The notes: generated by a model not told the origin, from the letters alone. Positions 1 to 12,850 are shown, counted from the first letter of the whole stretch. The stretch is DNA of 63,021 nt, filler included, from Welwitschia mirabilis (GCA_051453625.1; 4 parts of one record of this genome joined end to end with filler, not necessarily neighbours in it), one strand, 5' to 3'. Numbers and translations: made by a program.

Positions 1-960
1 CAAAGAGAATAACCCTAGACTCATTAATAATAATGAAACAATAATTTAGTGAAACCATTCAAGACTATCCTCAACGATGGAGGGTTATTGTCTTACAATT
101 AGAAACCCCCATTGTGGATTCTGATATAGCATACCTCTTCGCTAAGTCGTGCATTTCATATGTCTCAGAACATCTCAAGATGCAAGCGTTCGAAACAATT
201 CAATAAGTAGTCACATTAGCAAAAAGAATCGAAGTCGTAGGTAGAGAAAAGGGGTCATAAAATATGAAAACACATCGCAAAATGAATCAACAAGAAGAGA
301 AAATAATAACAACAACAATAAAATGAATAATACAAAGAATGTATCAGTAGTCGACCAAGCCTCTCAACCTATTCAATCTCCTCAATGAAGCTATCCACCT
401 TAACTAATCATCAATCCAATCATGCAACAAGTACATCCTCAATCTCCTTTTCCTCCACATNNNNNNNNNNCCAGTTGTAGGACAACCTTATTACCCAATT
501 ACTCAACAATTATAGAGCTTCCAAGCACAACCACTGCCTCAACAATGACAATTCCAACCACCTCAACAATAGCACCAAAATCAATAGCAACCTTTTACAA
601 CTCAAGACCAAGACCAAAATTGATCTGAAAAGAAAAATGCAATTCAAGGATCTAGGAGAAACTTCACTAGGTTACAAATTCCATTGACAAAGATCCTTGA
701 AATTTTACTAGAAAAGGGGGCAATCCAACTGCCTCCAATTAGTGAAAAAGATCCTAATGCATTGAGACCCACAAGTTACAATGAGTCAAAATACTGTAAA
801 TATCACAGGATTAGGGGACATCATACTAAAAACTGTTTCAACTTAAAAAACATTATCTAAGACATTATCGAAAACAATAAAGATATTAAATTTAATACGA
901 TCCTCACAGCTACAAATGAACAGCTTGAGATCTATAAGAACCCCTTTCTAACTTAAGCCT
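1..960 (+). pseudogene. gag: Degenerate gag (C-terminal part, CX2HX4HX4C knuckle)
   Basis: Hand translation: LIIMKQ..SETIQDYPQRWRVIVLQLETP and SKYCKYHRIRGHHTKNCF; stops and frameshifts. Confidence 0.75.
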
Positions 961-1399
961 TTACATCATAAATACCACAAAATGTGATGGTTCAAGATGA
1001 TAACACCGTATATGCAATTTAAGTGATTAAAGNNNNNNNNNNATAATCGAAAAATCCATTAGAACAAATCATTTAAGAAAATAAGTAGAAGCTACAACGG
1101 TTAGTCGAGATAGAAGATGCTTGAATTCGACTCACCCCACGACCAAACATTCAGTCATAATCACATGCCTTGAAATTAGAGGAAGCATATCATCATCTCT
1201 TTTTATTAATTTAAAACTCTAAACCTTATAAACAAGCTTTTAAAAAATTATATGAGGAATGTTTAATATCAAAAACACCTCCAAAATAAGAGCCTACTTC
1301 AAACCAAGTAGATGTTTAGAAGAATGACGAGGATCATGAAGTAATTTAATTTTAACTTGAAGAGCTCTCATCCACTTCTTGAAGAATAATAATCATTGA

Positions 1400-1706
1400 A
1401 CCACCCTACATTTTGGTAAACATTAGATCTACTAAAGTAGCTAAAGCCTTTGTCGATTGTGGAGCTGTATTAAATGTCATAGAATCATCTTACTTAGATA
1501 AACTCAACATATAACATTTACTAAATTCAAAGAAGAGTGTGATAATTAGGGGTTTCAATGATTGAGAAGACAAATCCAAAGGAACAGTTACCTTACTAGT
1601 TGAGATAGCTCAAAAGGTTAAAGAAACCACATGTCATGTGATTAACAATGCTACTGCATTTAATTTACTCCTAACTCATCCTTGGATCATGGATATAAGG
1701 GCACTT
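1400..1706 (+). pseudogene. Degenerate retroviral-type aspartic protease
   Basis: KAFVDCGAVLNVI (D-x-G motif) and TAFNLLLTHPWIMDIRAL (Tat/Ogre-type YNLLLGRPWIH motif). Confidence 0.75.
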
Positions 1707-3654
1707 NNNNNNNNNNNNNNNNNNNNNNNNNNNNNNNNNNNNNNNNNNNNNNNNNNNNNNNNNNNNNNNNNNNNNNNNNNNNNNNNNNNNNNNNNNNNNN
1801 NNNNNNNNNNNNNNNNNNNNNNNNNNNNNNNNNNNNNNNNNNNNNNNNNNNNNNNNNNNNNNNNNNNNNNNNNNNNNNNNNNNNNNNNNNNNNNNNNNNN
1901 NNNNNNNNNNNNNNNNNNNNNNNNNNNNNNNNNNNNNNNNNNNNNNNNNNNNNNNNNNNNNNNNNNNNNNNNNNNNNNNNNNNNNNNNNNNNNNNNNNNN
2001 NNNNNNNNNNNNNNNNNNNNNNNNNNNNNNNNNNNNNNNNNNNNNNNNNNNNNNNNNNNNNNNNNNNNNNNNNNNNNNNNNNNNNNNNNNNNNNNNNNNN
2101 NNNNNNNNNNNNNNNNNNNNNNNNNNNNNNNNNNNNNNNNNNNNNNNNNNNNNNNNNNNNNNNNNNNNNNNNNNNNNNNNNNNNNNNNNNNNNNNNNNNN
2201 NNNNNNNNNNNNNNNNNNCAATGGCAAATGAAAAAGCATGATCTAAATCATCTTCCTCATCATCACCTCGAATGCCAGAAAAGAGAATCATTCCATTCTT
2301 ACACTTCGACCATGATCCTGTAGACCCTCATAAATTCAAAGTTTCACAAATCCCTGATACACAACTCTTAGATTCTGGCTAGGTTTCGTTTGTTCTCGAT
2401 AATTTTTCCATAAGTCCATAATCATTTTCTTGCATTCCAAATTTCCAATTTCTTGCACTTATCCTTTTTTATCACAGTAGTTCATTACATTTTCTCATAT
2501 AAATACTCTTTTATGATACCTTCTTTTACAAAACACATCCATCCTTCTACTTGACAACGACATGTTTCATTTACTCGTTTTCTTTTCTTCAATAATTTGT
2601 CATTGAGTTCTTAATTTCTACTTTGCATTCAATCCTTTTTAAACTTGTCAATGATATTTTTTTAGTTAATTCATCTTATTTCATTGCATTATATCTAAGT
2701 ACATCCTTTTACAATAAATTAATTATTAAGTGATCAAAGTCTTATTTTACGGAGTAATGCATTTTGAATGACTTCCTTGAGTTCTCAATTTAGATGCTAA
2801 GAAAAAACTTAGTGTTAATGGATAATAGCTAAGATNNNNNNNNNNNNNNNNNNNNNNNNNNNNNNNNNNNNNNNNNNNNNNNNNNNNNNNNNNNNNNNNN
2901 NNNNNNNNNNNNNNNNNNNNNNNNNNNNNNNNNNNNNNNNNNNNNNNNNNNNNNNNNNNNNNNNNNNNNNNNNNNNNNNNNNNNNNNNNNNNNNNNNNNN
3001 NNNNNNNNNNNNNNNNNNNNNNNNNNNNNNNNNNNNNNNNNNNNNNNNNNNNNNNNNNNNNNNNNNNNNNNNNNNNNNNNNNNNNNNNNNNNNNNNNNNN
3101 NNNNNNNNNNNNNNNNNNNNNNNNNNNNNNNNNNNNNNNNNNNNNNNNNNNNNNNNNNNNNNNNNNNNNNNNNNNNNNNNNNNNNNNNNNNNNNNNNNNN
3201 NNNNNNNNNNNNNNNNNNNNNNNNNNNNNNNNNNNNNNNNNNNNNNNNNNNNNNNNNNNNNNNNNNNNNNNNNNNNNNNNNNNNNNNNNNNNNNNNNNNN
3301 NNNNNNNNNNNNNNNNNNNNNNNNNNNNNNNNNNNNNNNNNNNNNNNNNNNNNNNNNNNNNNNNNNNNNNNNNNNNNNNNNNNNNNNNNNNNNNNNNNNN
3401 NNNNNNNNNNNNNNNNNNNNNNNNNNNNNNNNNNNNNNNNNNNNNNNNNNNNNNNNNNNNNNNNNNNNNNNNNNNNNNNNNNNNNNNNNNNNNNNNNNNN
3501 NNNNNNNNNNNNNNNNNNNNNNNNNNNNNNNNNNNNNNNNNNNNNNNNNNNNNNNNNNNNNNNNNNNNNNNNNNNNNNNNNNNNNNNNNNNNNNNNNNNN
3601 NNNNNNNNNNNNNNNNNNNNNNNNNNNNNNNNNNNNNNNNNNNNNNNNNNNNNN

Positions 3655-3689
<35 letters not shown>

Positions 3690-3697
3690 GTAGTAGT
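3655..3697 (+). repeat. (TAA)n/(TAG)n microsatellite directly upstream of the conserved motif
   Basis: Directly visible. Confidence 0.9.
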
Positions 3698-3863
3698 TAT
3701 GATGTCCTATTATACGCGCACTAGGTAAATATTACTAAGAGGGGCCTTTGGCAGTGTGATATGGTAGCTATAGAAACTCCATCAGGGCATCAGTTGGTCA
3801 CGATTTGGCTTCAGCTTATGGATCCTTATGCTCTTGGCAATGATTGCACTCCCTTCATCATGG
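3698..3863 (+). ncRNA. Putative structured cis-RNA motif, copy 1 (in Tat-like 3' region)
   Basis: Conserved across 7 copies; terminal TATGATG/CATCATG complementarity and internal AGTGTGAT/ATTGCACT pairing. Confidence 0.5.
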
Positions 3864-4793
3864 TAGATGGTGATTTTTGAAAATTCCATTGACTTGATTT
3901 TCCATGACTCTAAGGCTATAGCTTTGAGAGCATTCAAAACATATTGGTTATTGGTTAGTAAGTCGTCAAGGTCTCATTTACTATCAAAATGATGATTGGA
4001 TTAAGTTATAATCCTGACATTACATTAATACTTTGCAGTATGACCATAGACATTATCATAATTACTATTCTAGTCACATAATACTCTATGTTGTTTAGCA
4101 TCAAAACATTATTAATAACATCAAATAATTTCTTGATTCATACTAATAGACATTACTAAGGTAATACTAAGAGATGTTTAACCAATCTTCTTCATGTCTC
4201 TGTTTGTCCATTTTCACCTAGTCTTTTCCTAGTATTTGTAATCGATTATCTCAAAGTCATCTTTCGCATTTACTCTAAATTCATTCAAGACTTTTTTCAC
4301 TCTTTAGTTAATTCATTATCTATTAGTACTCAGGCTCCTTTTATTATATGCTCTTCCTTGATCATCGGTCTTGCTTATTTGCATTCCCATTTGATTACCC
4401 TCCATCTTTCATATACTTATTTTGATTGGTTTCTACTTCATTCATCTATATATTTCCTCACTACTATTTTTTCCATTACCTCATTCATAATCTTTTATCG
4501 TTAGCTAATCATCTACTCATTATCTATTCTATGCATATATTTAGATTTGTTTTGACTTATGTCTTCATCATTTATTTGACTCAAACCTTAATTATCTCAA
4601 TTTGATCATTCATTTTATCAAAGTTTTAACATTATATAAATACTTTCTTTTTTAGTCAAAGGGGTTATTTCCTTGATAAAGAAATAAGTATTANNNNNNN
4701 NNNNNNNNNNNNNNNNNNNNNNNNNNNNNNNNNNNNNNNNNNNNNNNNNNNNNNNNNNNNNNNNNNNNNNNNNNNNNNNNNNNNNNNNNNNNN

Positions 4794-5693
4794 GCTTTAG
4801 CTTATGGATCCTTATGCTCTTAGTAATGGTTGCACTCCCTTCATTATGGTAGATGGTGATTTTTGAAAATTCAATTGACTTGATTTTCTATGACTCCAAG
4901 GCTATAGCTTTGAGAGCATTCAAAACATATTGGTTATTGGTTAGTAAGTCATCAAGATCTCATTTACTGTCATAACTGATGATTGGATTTAGTTATAGTC
5001 CTGACATTACATTAATACTTCATAGTATAATCATAGACATTATCATAATTACTGTTCTAGTTACATAATACTCTATGTTGTTTAGCATAAAAACATTATT
5101 AATAACATTGAATAATTCCATGATTCATACCAATAGACATTACTAAGGTAACACTAAAAGATGTTTAACCAATCTTCTTCATGTCTCTGTTTGTCCATTT
5201 CCACCTAGTCTTTTCCTAGTATTTGCAATTGATTATCTCAAAGTCATCTTTCGCATTTACTCTAAATTCATTCAAGACTTTTTTCACTCTTTAGTTAATT
5301 AATTATCTATTAGTACTCAGGATCCTTTTATTTAATGCTCTTCCTTGATCATCAGTGTTGCTTATTTGCATTCCCATTTGATTACCCTCCATCTTTCATA
5401 TACTTATTTTGATTGGTTTCTACTTAATTCATCTATATATTTCCTCACTACTATTCCTCATTCATAATCTTTTATCATTAGCTAATCATCTATTCATTAT
5501 CTGTTCTATGCATATGTTTAGATTTTCTTTGAGTTGTGTCTTCATCATTTATTTGACTCAAACCTTAATTATCTGAATTCGATCATTCATTTCATCAAAG
5601 TTTTAACATTATATAAATACTTTCTTTTTTAGTCAAAGGGGTTATTTCCTTAATAAAGAAATAAGTATTAGAAAGTACAAATTCCCAATGTAA
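4794..5693 (+). repeat. Near-identical direct duplicate of ~3808-4693 (includes 3' part of the motif)
   Basis: Visual alignment; flanked by N gaps, so it may be an assembly/haplotype overlap. Confidence 0.8.
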
Positions 5694-6650
5694 NNNNNNN
5701 NNNNNNNNNNNNNNNNNNNNNNNNNNNNNNNNNNNNNNNNNNNNNNNNNNNNNNNNNNNNNNNNNNNNNNNNNNNNNNNNNNNNNNNNNNNNNNNNNNNN
5801 NNNNNNNNNNNNNNNNNNNNNNNNNNNNNNNNNNNNNNNNNNNNNNNNNNNNNNNNNNNNNNNNNNNNNNNNNNNNNNNNNNNNNNNNNNNNNNNNNNNN
5901 NNNNNNNNNNNNNNNNNNNNNNNNNNNNNNNNNNNNNNNNNNNNNNNNNNNNNNNNNNNNNNNNNNNNNNNNNNNNNNNNNNNNNNNNNNNNNNNNNNNN
6001 NNNNNNNNNNNNNNNNNNNNNNNNNNNNNNNNNNNNNNNNNNNNNNNNNNNNNNNNNNNNNNNNNNNNNNNNNNNNNNNNNNNNNNNNNNNNNNNNNNNN
6101 NNNNNNNNNNNNNNNNNNNNNNNNNNNNNNNNNNNNNNNNNNNNNNNNNNNNNNNNNNNNNNNNNNNNNNNNNNNNNNNNNNNNNNNNNNNNNNNNNNNN
6201 NNNNNNNNNNNNNNNNNNNNNNNNNNNNNNNNNNNNNNNNNNNNNNNNNNNNNNNNNNNNNNNNNNNNNNNNNNNNNNNNNNNNNNNNNNNNNNNNNNNN
6301 NNNNNNNNNNNNNNNNNNNNNNNNNNNNNNAAGTACAAATTCCCAATGTAAGGTGAATCACTGTCTGTCTAAACTCCTTATCAATCAGGAAGAGACAAAC
6401 TTTCATTTAAATGGCTCATAGCAAATAACATGACTTTAGGAAATCAAGGCAATAATTTATGTTATCAATTAGATACATTTACAAATATCAAGAAAGACAT
6501 CATTTGAAGTTATATTGCTTCCATTTGCCTGAAGGAGATAAGCTTCACATGAAGCAGCCTTGTAAATGGAAGATATTTAAGGTGGAGAGTCAAATATTAA
6601 AATGAAAAAAAAACTTTCTTTTGCATTTAAACTATTCTCTATTAAGCTAA

Positions 6651-7474
6651 TCAGAAATTAGCAGCCAGAAAAGACTGGTTGATAGCAATCTTCTTTCCAA
6701 GTTTAAAAGGTGGAAGTCCCTTATAAGAATAGCTTGCACATCGAAAGGCATCTTCAAGGCCACAATTTCCACAAGTGGATTGTGGGTTCTCCAACTGATC
6801 TATTGTTAACAGCACTTTTTTCTTGGTTCACTTCCATTTTAGCCCTACCACAAGTATAGTTCTTACAAGCTTTTCTAACTATCTTTCGAGCTTCACAATC
6901 ATTGCCTAATAGGACTGAAGGTTTCTTCAAATCCTCTTCTGTTAGGAAATTATCCTTGTTAATAATATCATCCACATCGTCTTCAAACACCAGTAACCCC
7001 TTTCATGTTTGACATCTTTTATATTATTTATAGCAAAAGAAGATCCTACTTCCTATGTAGTTTTTTGAGACCTAATAGCTACTAGTACAAACTGGTCAGT
7101 AACAACATTAACATCTTTCAAAATTATAAATTCTACAAGTAGGATCTTTTGTTTGACAGCAGTTTTCATCTCACTAAGATCCTGATTCAAAGAACTAGCT
7201 TGGTTTATAAAGATAATAGGTACTGCTAGGTAACTCTGAGAACTTCACTAAGCCAAATCTGTGATAGAAAATTCATGATTTCTCGACACAAAGATTAAAA
7301 CATCTAGAGATGAGGATTTTAAATTGAGCTTTACCTCTAGGCGATTCACCTAAGTGATGACATGTAAAGAATCATCTTTGTTTGAAAAAATTTTATAGCC
7401 TAACTAACAAGCCTAGCATGAATTGATGGAGATTCAGAAATAAGTAATGCTGAGGGATGTGAACTCATTTTCAT
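6651..7474 (-). pseudogene. DRE2: Intronless anamorsin (DRE2/CIAPIN1) retrocopy captured in the element
   Basis: N-terminal methyltransferase-like part, DDVDDIINKDNFLTEEDLKKP, DCEARKIVRKACKNYTCGRA, and frameshifted [30 protein letters not shown]...FLAANF*. About 820 nt with no introns; contains stops and frameshifts. Confidence 0.9.
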
Positions 7475-7684
7475 AGCACACTACTTGTTTTGATTTCTTT
7501 CGATTTGCAGTGCGTGAAGAAATAAAAATGAATGTAGAAGGAGCAAAGACAAACACGTCTGAGGCTCAAACTAAAGTAATGATTCAAAGTTGAGAATTTT
7601 CATAGAAAAATAGAACCATTTATTACAGAAATTAAAGCAGAATATCTAGTGGTATCACCAAAACATGAGATCTGATGACAAGGC

Positions 7685-8101
7685 CTAGGAATAAGGAGAA
7701 TCATTAAGAAGATATAGTAAATTATCAGAAATGCATTTCCAATCAGAAATGCAAGATGATAGCTGATTAAAAAAGGCATCAGAGTTAACTTTAAGATCTT
7801 GAAAGCCCTGCATACAAGCATCTACATTAATGACTGCAGTGGTTATGTAAGCCTGGGCATCATTAATACTACTGTGTTTGAACATGCTCCTCTCAATTAC
7901 ATCCACCATCACCTGGTTCATATTATGTTGGTTCCAGAGTACAGAACGGAAAGAGGAATTATGGGGCTTATCACAGCATCTGTGAAGATAGTTTCTTATG
8001 GTAGATGGTCTAATGAAACCAATGATAAGGGTAATGATGATTCCAGTATCATTTGCATCTGAGCTACTTATATTCTTGCCCTGCATGTTCCTATTATTCA
8101 T
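7685..8101 (-). pseudogene. Plant invertase/pectin-methylesterase inhibitor (PMEI) domain gene, captured and internally deleted
   Basis: DAQAYITTAVINVDACMQGF resembles the PMEI DVQTWLSAALTNxxTCxDGF motif; the N-terminal Cx8C is clearer in copy 2; AATAAA at 7624-7619 downstream of the stop. Confidence 0.65.
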
Positions 8102-8189
8102 AGGAGAAAAGGAATAGTCAAAAGATGATGCAAGAATGAATAAGTCTATGATGGCAGGCATTATCATGACTCAGAATTCATTTAGAAAT

Positions 8190-8790
8190 TAGAAGGATCA
8201 CATACAAAATTCTAACTGACAGAAAATATGACATTCTCTCAGTGACTGCTTTTGAAAATAATAAGCACTATTGAACACTTGACACTATAGAGCCCAACGA
8301 AGGTGTAAGAATAGTAATAAGCCATGAAAAGGTGGAAGCCAAATGTCATGAGGGAACATCCATAGAACCACTGAGCAGCAAACTCAAAAAATCCCTTAGT
8401 ACCCAATCCATTGTCTTCGCATTTTCTGAGCAGGGTGATTGGATTCCAAATCAGTTGTTAGTGCTGTCGTAGCCAAACATCATGGGCTCTGGTATGGAAC
8501 GGCTAATGAGGGATGTTATAAGCACTAATGATGTATCAAAAGGAGGGAATGCTCTGAGTTATGAGGACTATACAACACTCTGAAAAATGCAAAGGGTAAA
8601 CCAAAGATTTGAAGCAACATCAGTGCCAATTCTACATAGACTCAGCAAGTTTTGTTTTACTTGAAATCCTCTAAGTTTGAAGCATGACATTGTACCATAC
8701 TAGATGTAATACATTGACTATCTTCTTGTTCTTTTGAAAGATTTACAATCTATGTTAATTAAATAGCCATAACAGATGGCTTCAAATTCA
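8190..8790 (+). pseudogene. Unidentified protein-coding fragment, sense orientation, captured
   Basis: A long, nearly open plus frame (…QGDWIPNQLLVLSxPNIMGSGMERLMRD…EDYTTLxKMQRVNQRF…) is conserved in both units; most stops are explicable by transitions. Family not recognised. Confidence 0.4.
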
Positions 8791-10978
8791 AATATTCTCC
8801 AACTGTCTCTCTTTAATCCAATAAATGCTTCAGAAGCATCCCTAACTGATGGTTTTTCTCTCGACCATTTTTTAGCATCTAAGAACAGAGGAACAGAATA
8901 AAGTAAACAACACAATCAGAAGGAATGTAAAAAGGATGTCACAGATAGATTAAAAAAAAGTTGAAAAACACATTAGAATAGAGAAAATGCATTGCAAAAT
9001 GATACAATAGAACGAGATGGTTGCACATCAAAATGGTGACACAAGAAAGACTACGAGAGAAGAACATAAAGCCAAGACAGGGAAACACATCAAACGCAAT
9101 AGAGAAGTAAAGGAGCATGATAAAAAAGCATAGCAAAATGGAGCAAGCAGCACAAGAAAAGAAAGCATCGACAGCAAAATAGGTTAGAAAACGAGCAGAG
9201 ATAAAGGAATGCTAGAATCAAGGAGACAGCATCATAAGGAGGAAAATCATAGGGGGAGGGCAGTGAAAAAAGAGATCATTCACAAAGAAATGAAATGCAA
9301 TAAAAGAAGGAATAGCAGCCACAGTAAAGGAAATGCAGCAAAGCTACAAACACAGAAAATATCATCAAGGAAAAAAGGAGCAATGAAAAGAAATCCCTGG
9401 AATGCCAGTGGACATCACCAGATACACAGCACAGGATACTAGAATGGCAAAAATTCCAAGGCATAGCATAGAGGCTAGATGTAGGATGGAAAATGGATGC
9501 TAGATGCACTAGTAAAGTAGGGATATCACAAAGAATAACAGAGGTGAAAATGATGACCAGAACATAAGAGGAATGGAGGGACAAAAATCATCAGGCAGGA
9601 AAATTTGCAGATGAGAAAGAAGTGACAGCATGACAAAGAACGCTAAATGCTAGAAAGGAGGAGAAAAACCAAATCAGCAAAGAACACCAAGAAAACTCAA
9701 AGAGCAATACAGAACGACATAGCAAAGAGTGTAAAAAAGTAAATCAGAGGCAACACCAGAATAGCAATACTAGAACAGCAATGAATCACAGATTCAAAAG
9801 AAATAGCACAAACAGATTAGAGATCAGACAACGACGAATGGCAAGCAGGCAGAATGGGGATGTACATCACAATTTTTCTATATTACCTAAAATTATTTTA
9901 GGTTCATTTTGTGTGATCTCTTGAATTGTGAAAGATTTATTTTATGTTTTCAAAATTTAAGATTGTATTTTAGAAGATTTTGCTTTTTAAAAAAAGGGGA
10001 AAGACATTTTTTATATCATAATTATATATTAAATATATTTGACTGATAGACCATTTTATTTTAAAACTAGACTTATGAAATTTGGCTTTTTTTAATTTGA
10101 AATTACATTTTATAAGACTTTGCCTTTAGTTTAAAAAAAAAAAGAAAAATTTTTATGTAATTATATTAAATATTTTGATTGATAGATTATGGGGTTAAAA
10201 GAGAAATTAGATTTGCAAATTTTTTAAAAAAATAATAATTTTAGAAATTTATGAATAAATCCTAAAAATCTCTTCTCTTTTAGGTTTAATCTATAATCAT
10301 TAGTTGTATCTCCATTTCTATGAATATTAGATGAATTCCAAAGTTATTTGATTTAACACTTCCTTGCATTCGATTTATCTCAANNNNNNNNNNNNNNNNN
10401 NNNNNNNNNNNNNNNNNNNNNNNNNNNNNNNNNNNNNNNNNNNNNNNNNNNNNNNNNNNNNNNNNNNNNNNNNNNNNNNNNNNNNNNNNNNNNNNNNNNN
10501 NNNNNNNNNNNNNNNNNNNNNNNNNNNNNNNNNNNNNNNNNNNNNNNNNNNNNNNNNNNNNNNNNNNNNNNNNNNNNNNNNNNNNNNNNNNNNNNNNNNN
10601 NNNNNNNNNNNNNNNNNNNNNNNNNNNNNNNNNNNNNNNNNNNNNNNNNNNNNNNNNNNNNNNNNNNNNNNNNNNNNNNNNNNNNNNNNNNNNNNNNNNN
10701 NNNNNNNNNNNNNNNNNNNNNNNNNNNNNNNNNNNNNNNNNNNNNNNNNNNNNNNNNNNNNNNNNNNNNNNNNNNNNNNNNNNNNNNNNNNNNNNNNNNN
10801 NNNNNNNNNNNNNNNNNNNNNNNNNNNNNNNNNNNNNNNNNNNNNNNNNNNNNNNNNNNNNNNNNNNNNNNNNNNNNNNNNNNACTTCCTTACATTAGAC
10901 TTATTTTAATTTTAAAGGTTAAAAATAAAACCAAAGTCACAAATTTAATATTGCAAAAGAAAAATTTTAACAACAATT

Positions 10979-10995
10979 TAGCACTAGAAGGAGGG
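10979..10995 (+). promoter_or_regulatory. Primer-binding site, tRNA-Asn type
   Basis: TAGCACTAGAAGGAGGG equals TGGCGCTAGAAGGAGGG (complement of the plant tRNA-Asn 3' end) with two G>A changes; starts 4 nt after the LTR end. Confidence 0.75.
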
Positions 10996-11520
10996 CCCCT
11001 TGCGTAGGCCTTTTGTTGTTTTCTCAATTGTTTTTGAATTGCACTCATTTTTCGCTTTATCTTACCTACCACCTTATCGCATTCCATAACAGCCATAATG
11101 TTAATGTTGATCTGCGAGAAAAAAGCTTGCATTTCTAAAGATGAGTATAAGGTACTAATTCAACAACATCTTTTAACCCTCATCTCTTATGAACTCTGTA
11201 TCATGAATGACTATAGGAGTTACTAGGAGGGCTACTTAACCCATACCACCCAAAAAATTTGATACTTAGTAATTTGAAAACTAGTACTTCCAGATGACAA
11301 GAATAAGGTTCTCCCTGAAGACCCTTTCTCCTAAAAACATGACAAAAATATAAAGTTTGTAAATGAATGAGTTCACAGTGAAAAACCCAAAACATCACAC
11401 AAATCTTCAATACAAATCCTAAAGAAAGATTACAATGATGATAGTCTATTTGAATACGAAACCAATGATGACAAACCACTGAAAACTCAACAACCTAAGA
11501 ATGAGAAACCTTCAATTTAA

Positions 11521-12850
11521 TTGATAAAATTCAACATGCTATGGAAGGCCATCAATGACATAAAACGAGGTCTCCAAAGTAAGAAAAACTACCTCAATAT
11601 AGACTTCGATAATACAATGATTTACCCTTCTATCCATCGTAAAGTTATCTCACCTAGTGAAATTCCCAATTTTGAGAAATTTATAAGTGTTGAAAACCCT
11701 ATAATTCATGTTAAAAACTTTAAACACTCCTGTCACATGTACAATATAGAGCGAGACACCACTTGTCATCTAGTTTATCGATATCTCCAATGAAAAGCCC
11801 TCAAATGGTATCATTGCTTACTAACCCATTCCATCACAAGTCTCAAATAACTATTTGAGATGTTTATACAACATAACTCGATAAACATCACAAAGAGAAT
11901 AATCCTAGACTCATTAACAATAATGAAACAAAAATTTAGTGAAATCATTAAAGATTATGCTCAATAATAGAGTGTTATTGCTTTGCAATTAGAAACCCCC
12001 ATTGTGGATTCTGATATGACATATCTCTTTGCCAAGTCATGCATCCCATATGTCTCAGAATATTTCAGGATGCAAGCATCTGAAATATTTGAATAGGTAG
12101 TTACATTAGTAAAGAAAATCAAAGTCATAAGAAGAGAAAAGGATGCTATAAAATATGGAAACACATCACAAAATGAATCAACAAGAAGAGAAAATAACAA
12201 CAACAATAATAAAATGAATAATACAAAGAATGTATCAGTAGTCAACCAAACCTCTCAACCTATTCAATCTTCTCAATGAAGCTATCCATCTCAACCAATT
12301 GCCAGTCCAATCATGCAATAAGTACATCCTTAACCTTATTTTCCTCCACATGCTTTTACATTTCAACTAGTTATGGGATAACCTTATTACCCACCTACTC
12401 AACAATTATAGAGTTTCTAAGCACAATCACTACCTTAATAATGACAATTCCAACCACCTTAATAACAGCTCCAAAATCAATAGCAACTTTTACAACTCAA
12501 AACCAAGACCAAAATCGATCTTAAAAGCAAAACACAATTCAAAGACCTAGAAGAAACTTCACTAGGTTATAAATTCCATTGACAAAGATCTTTGGAATTT
12601 TACTACAAAAGGGGGTAATTCAACTGCCTCCAATTAGTAAAAAATATCCTAATGCATCAAAATCCAAGGGTTACAAGTCGAAATACTATGAATATCACAG
12701 GATTAGGGGACATTATACTAAAAACTATTTTAGCTTAAAATACATTATCTAAGACATTATCAAAAACAAAAAAGATATTAAATTTGATACAATCCTCACA
12801 GCTGTAAATGAACAACTTGAGATCTATAAGAACCCCTTTCTAACTCAAGC
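11521..12850 (+). pseudogene. gag: Degenerate gag, unit 2
   Basis: IPNFEKF..ENPIIHVKNF, KALKWYHCL..HSITS, LTIMKQ..SE, YEYHRIRGHYTKNY; Retrotrans_gag-like. Confidence 0.8.

Larger units (their letters stand above)
1..10382 (+). mobile_element. Non-autonomous Tat/Ogre-clade Ty3/gypsy LTR retrotransposon, unit 1 (5' end outside window)
   Basis: Degenerate gag with YCKYHRIRGHHTKNCF knuckle (~790-840) and protease AFVDCGAVLNVI...FNLLLTHPWI. No RT/RH/INT visible. Colinear with unit 2 (11890-18974). Confidence 0.8.

Noticed and set aside
3808-5693. Tandem duplication of the 3' region as a biological amplification of the motif
   Set aside because: Near-identical and bounded by N gaps; cannot be distinguished from an allelic/assembly overlap.
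8939-9584. Short Cys/Phe/Leu-rich and Lys/Arg-rich ORFs here and at 17544-18447
   Set aside because: By-products of a purine-skewed LTR-like region; frames are not conserved between the two units.
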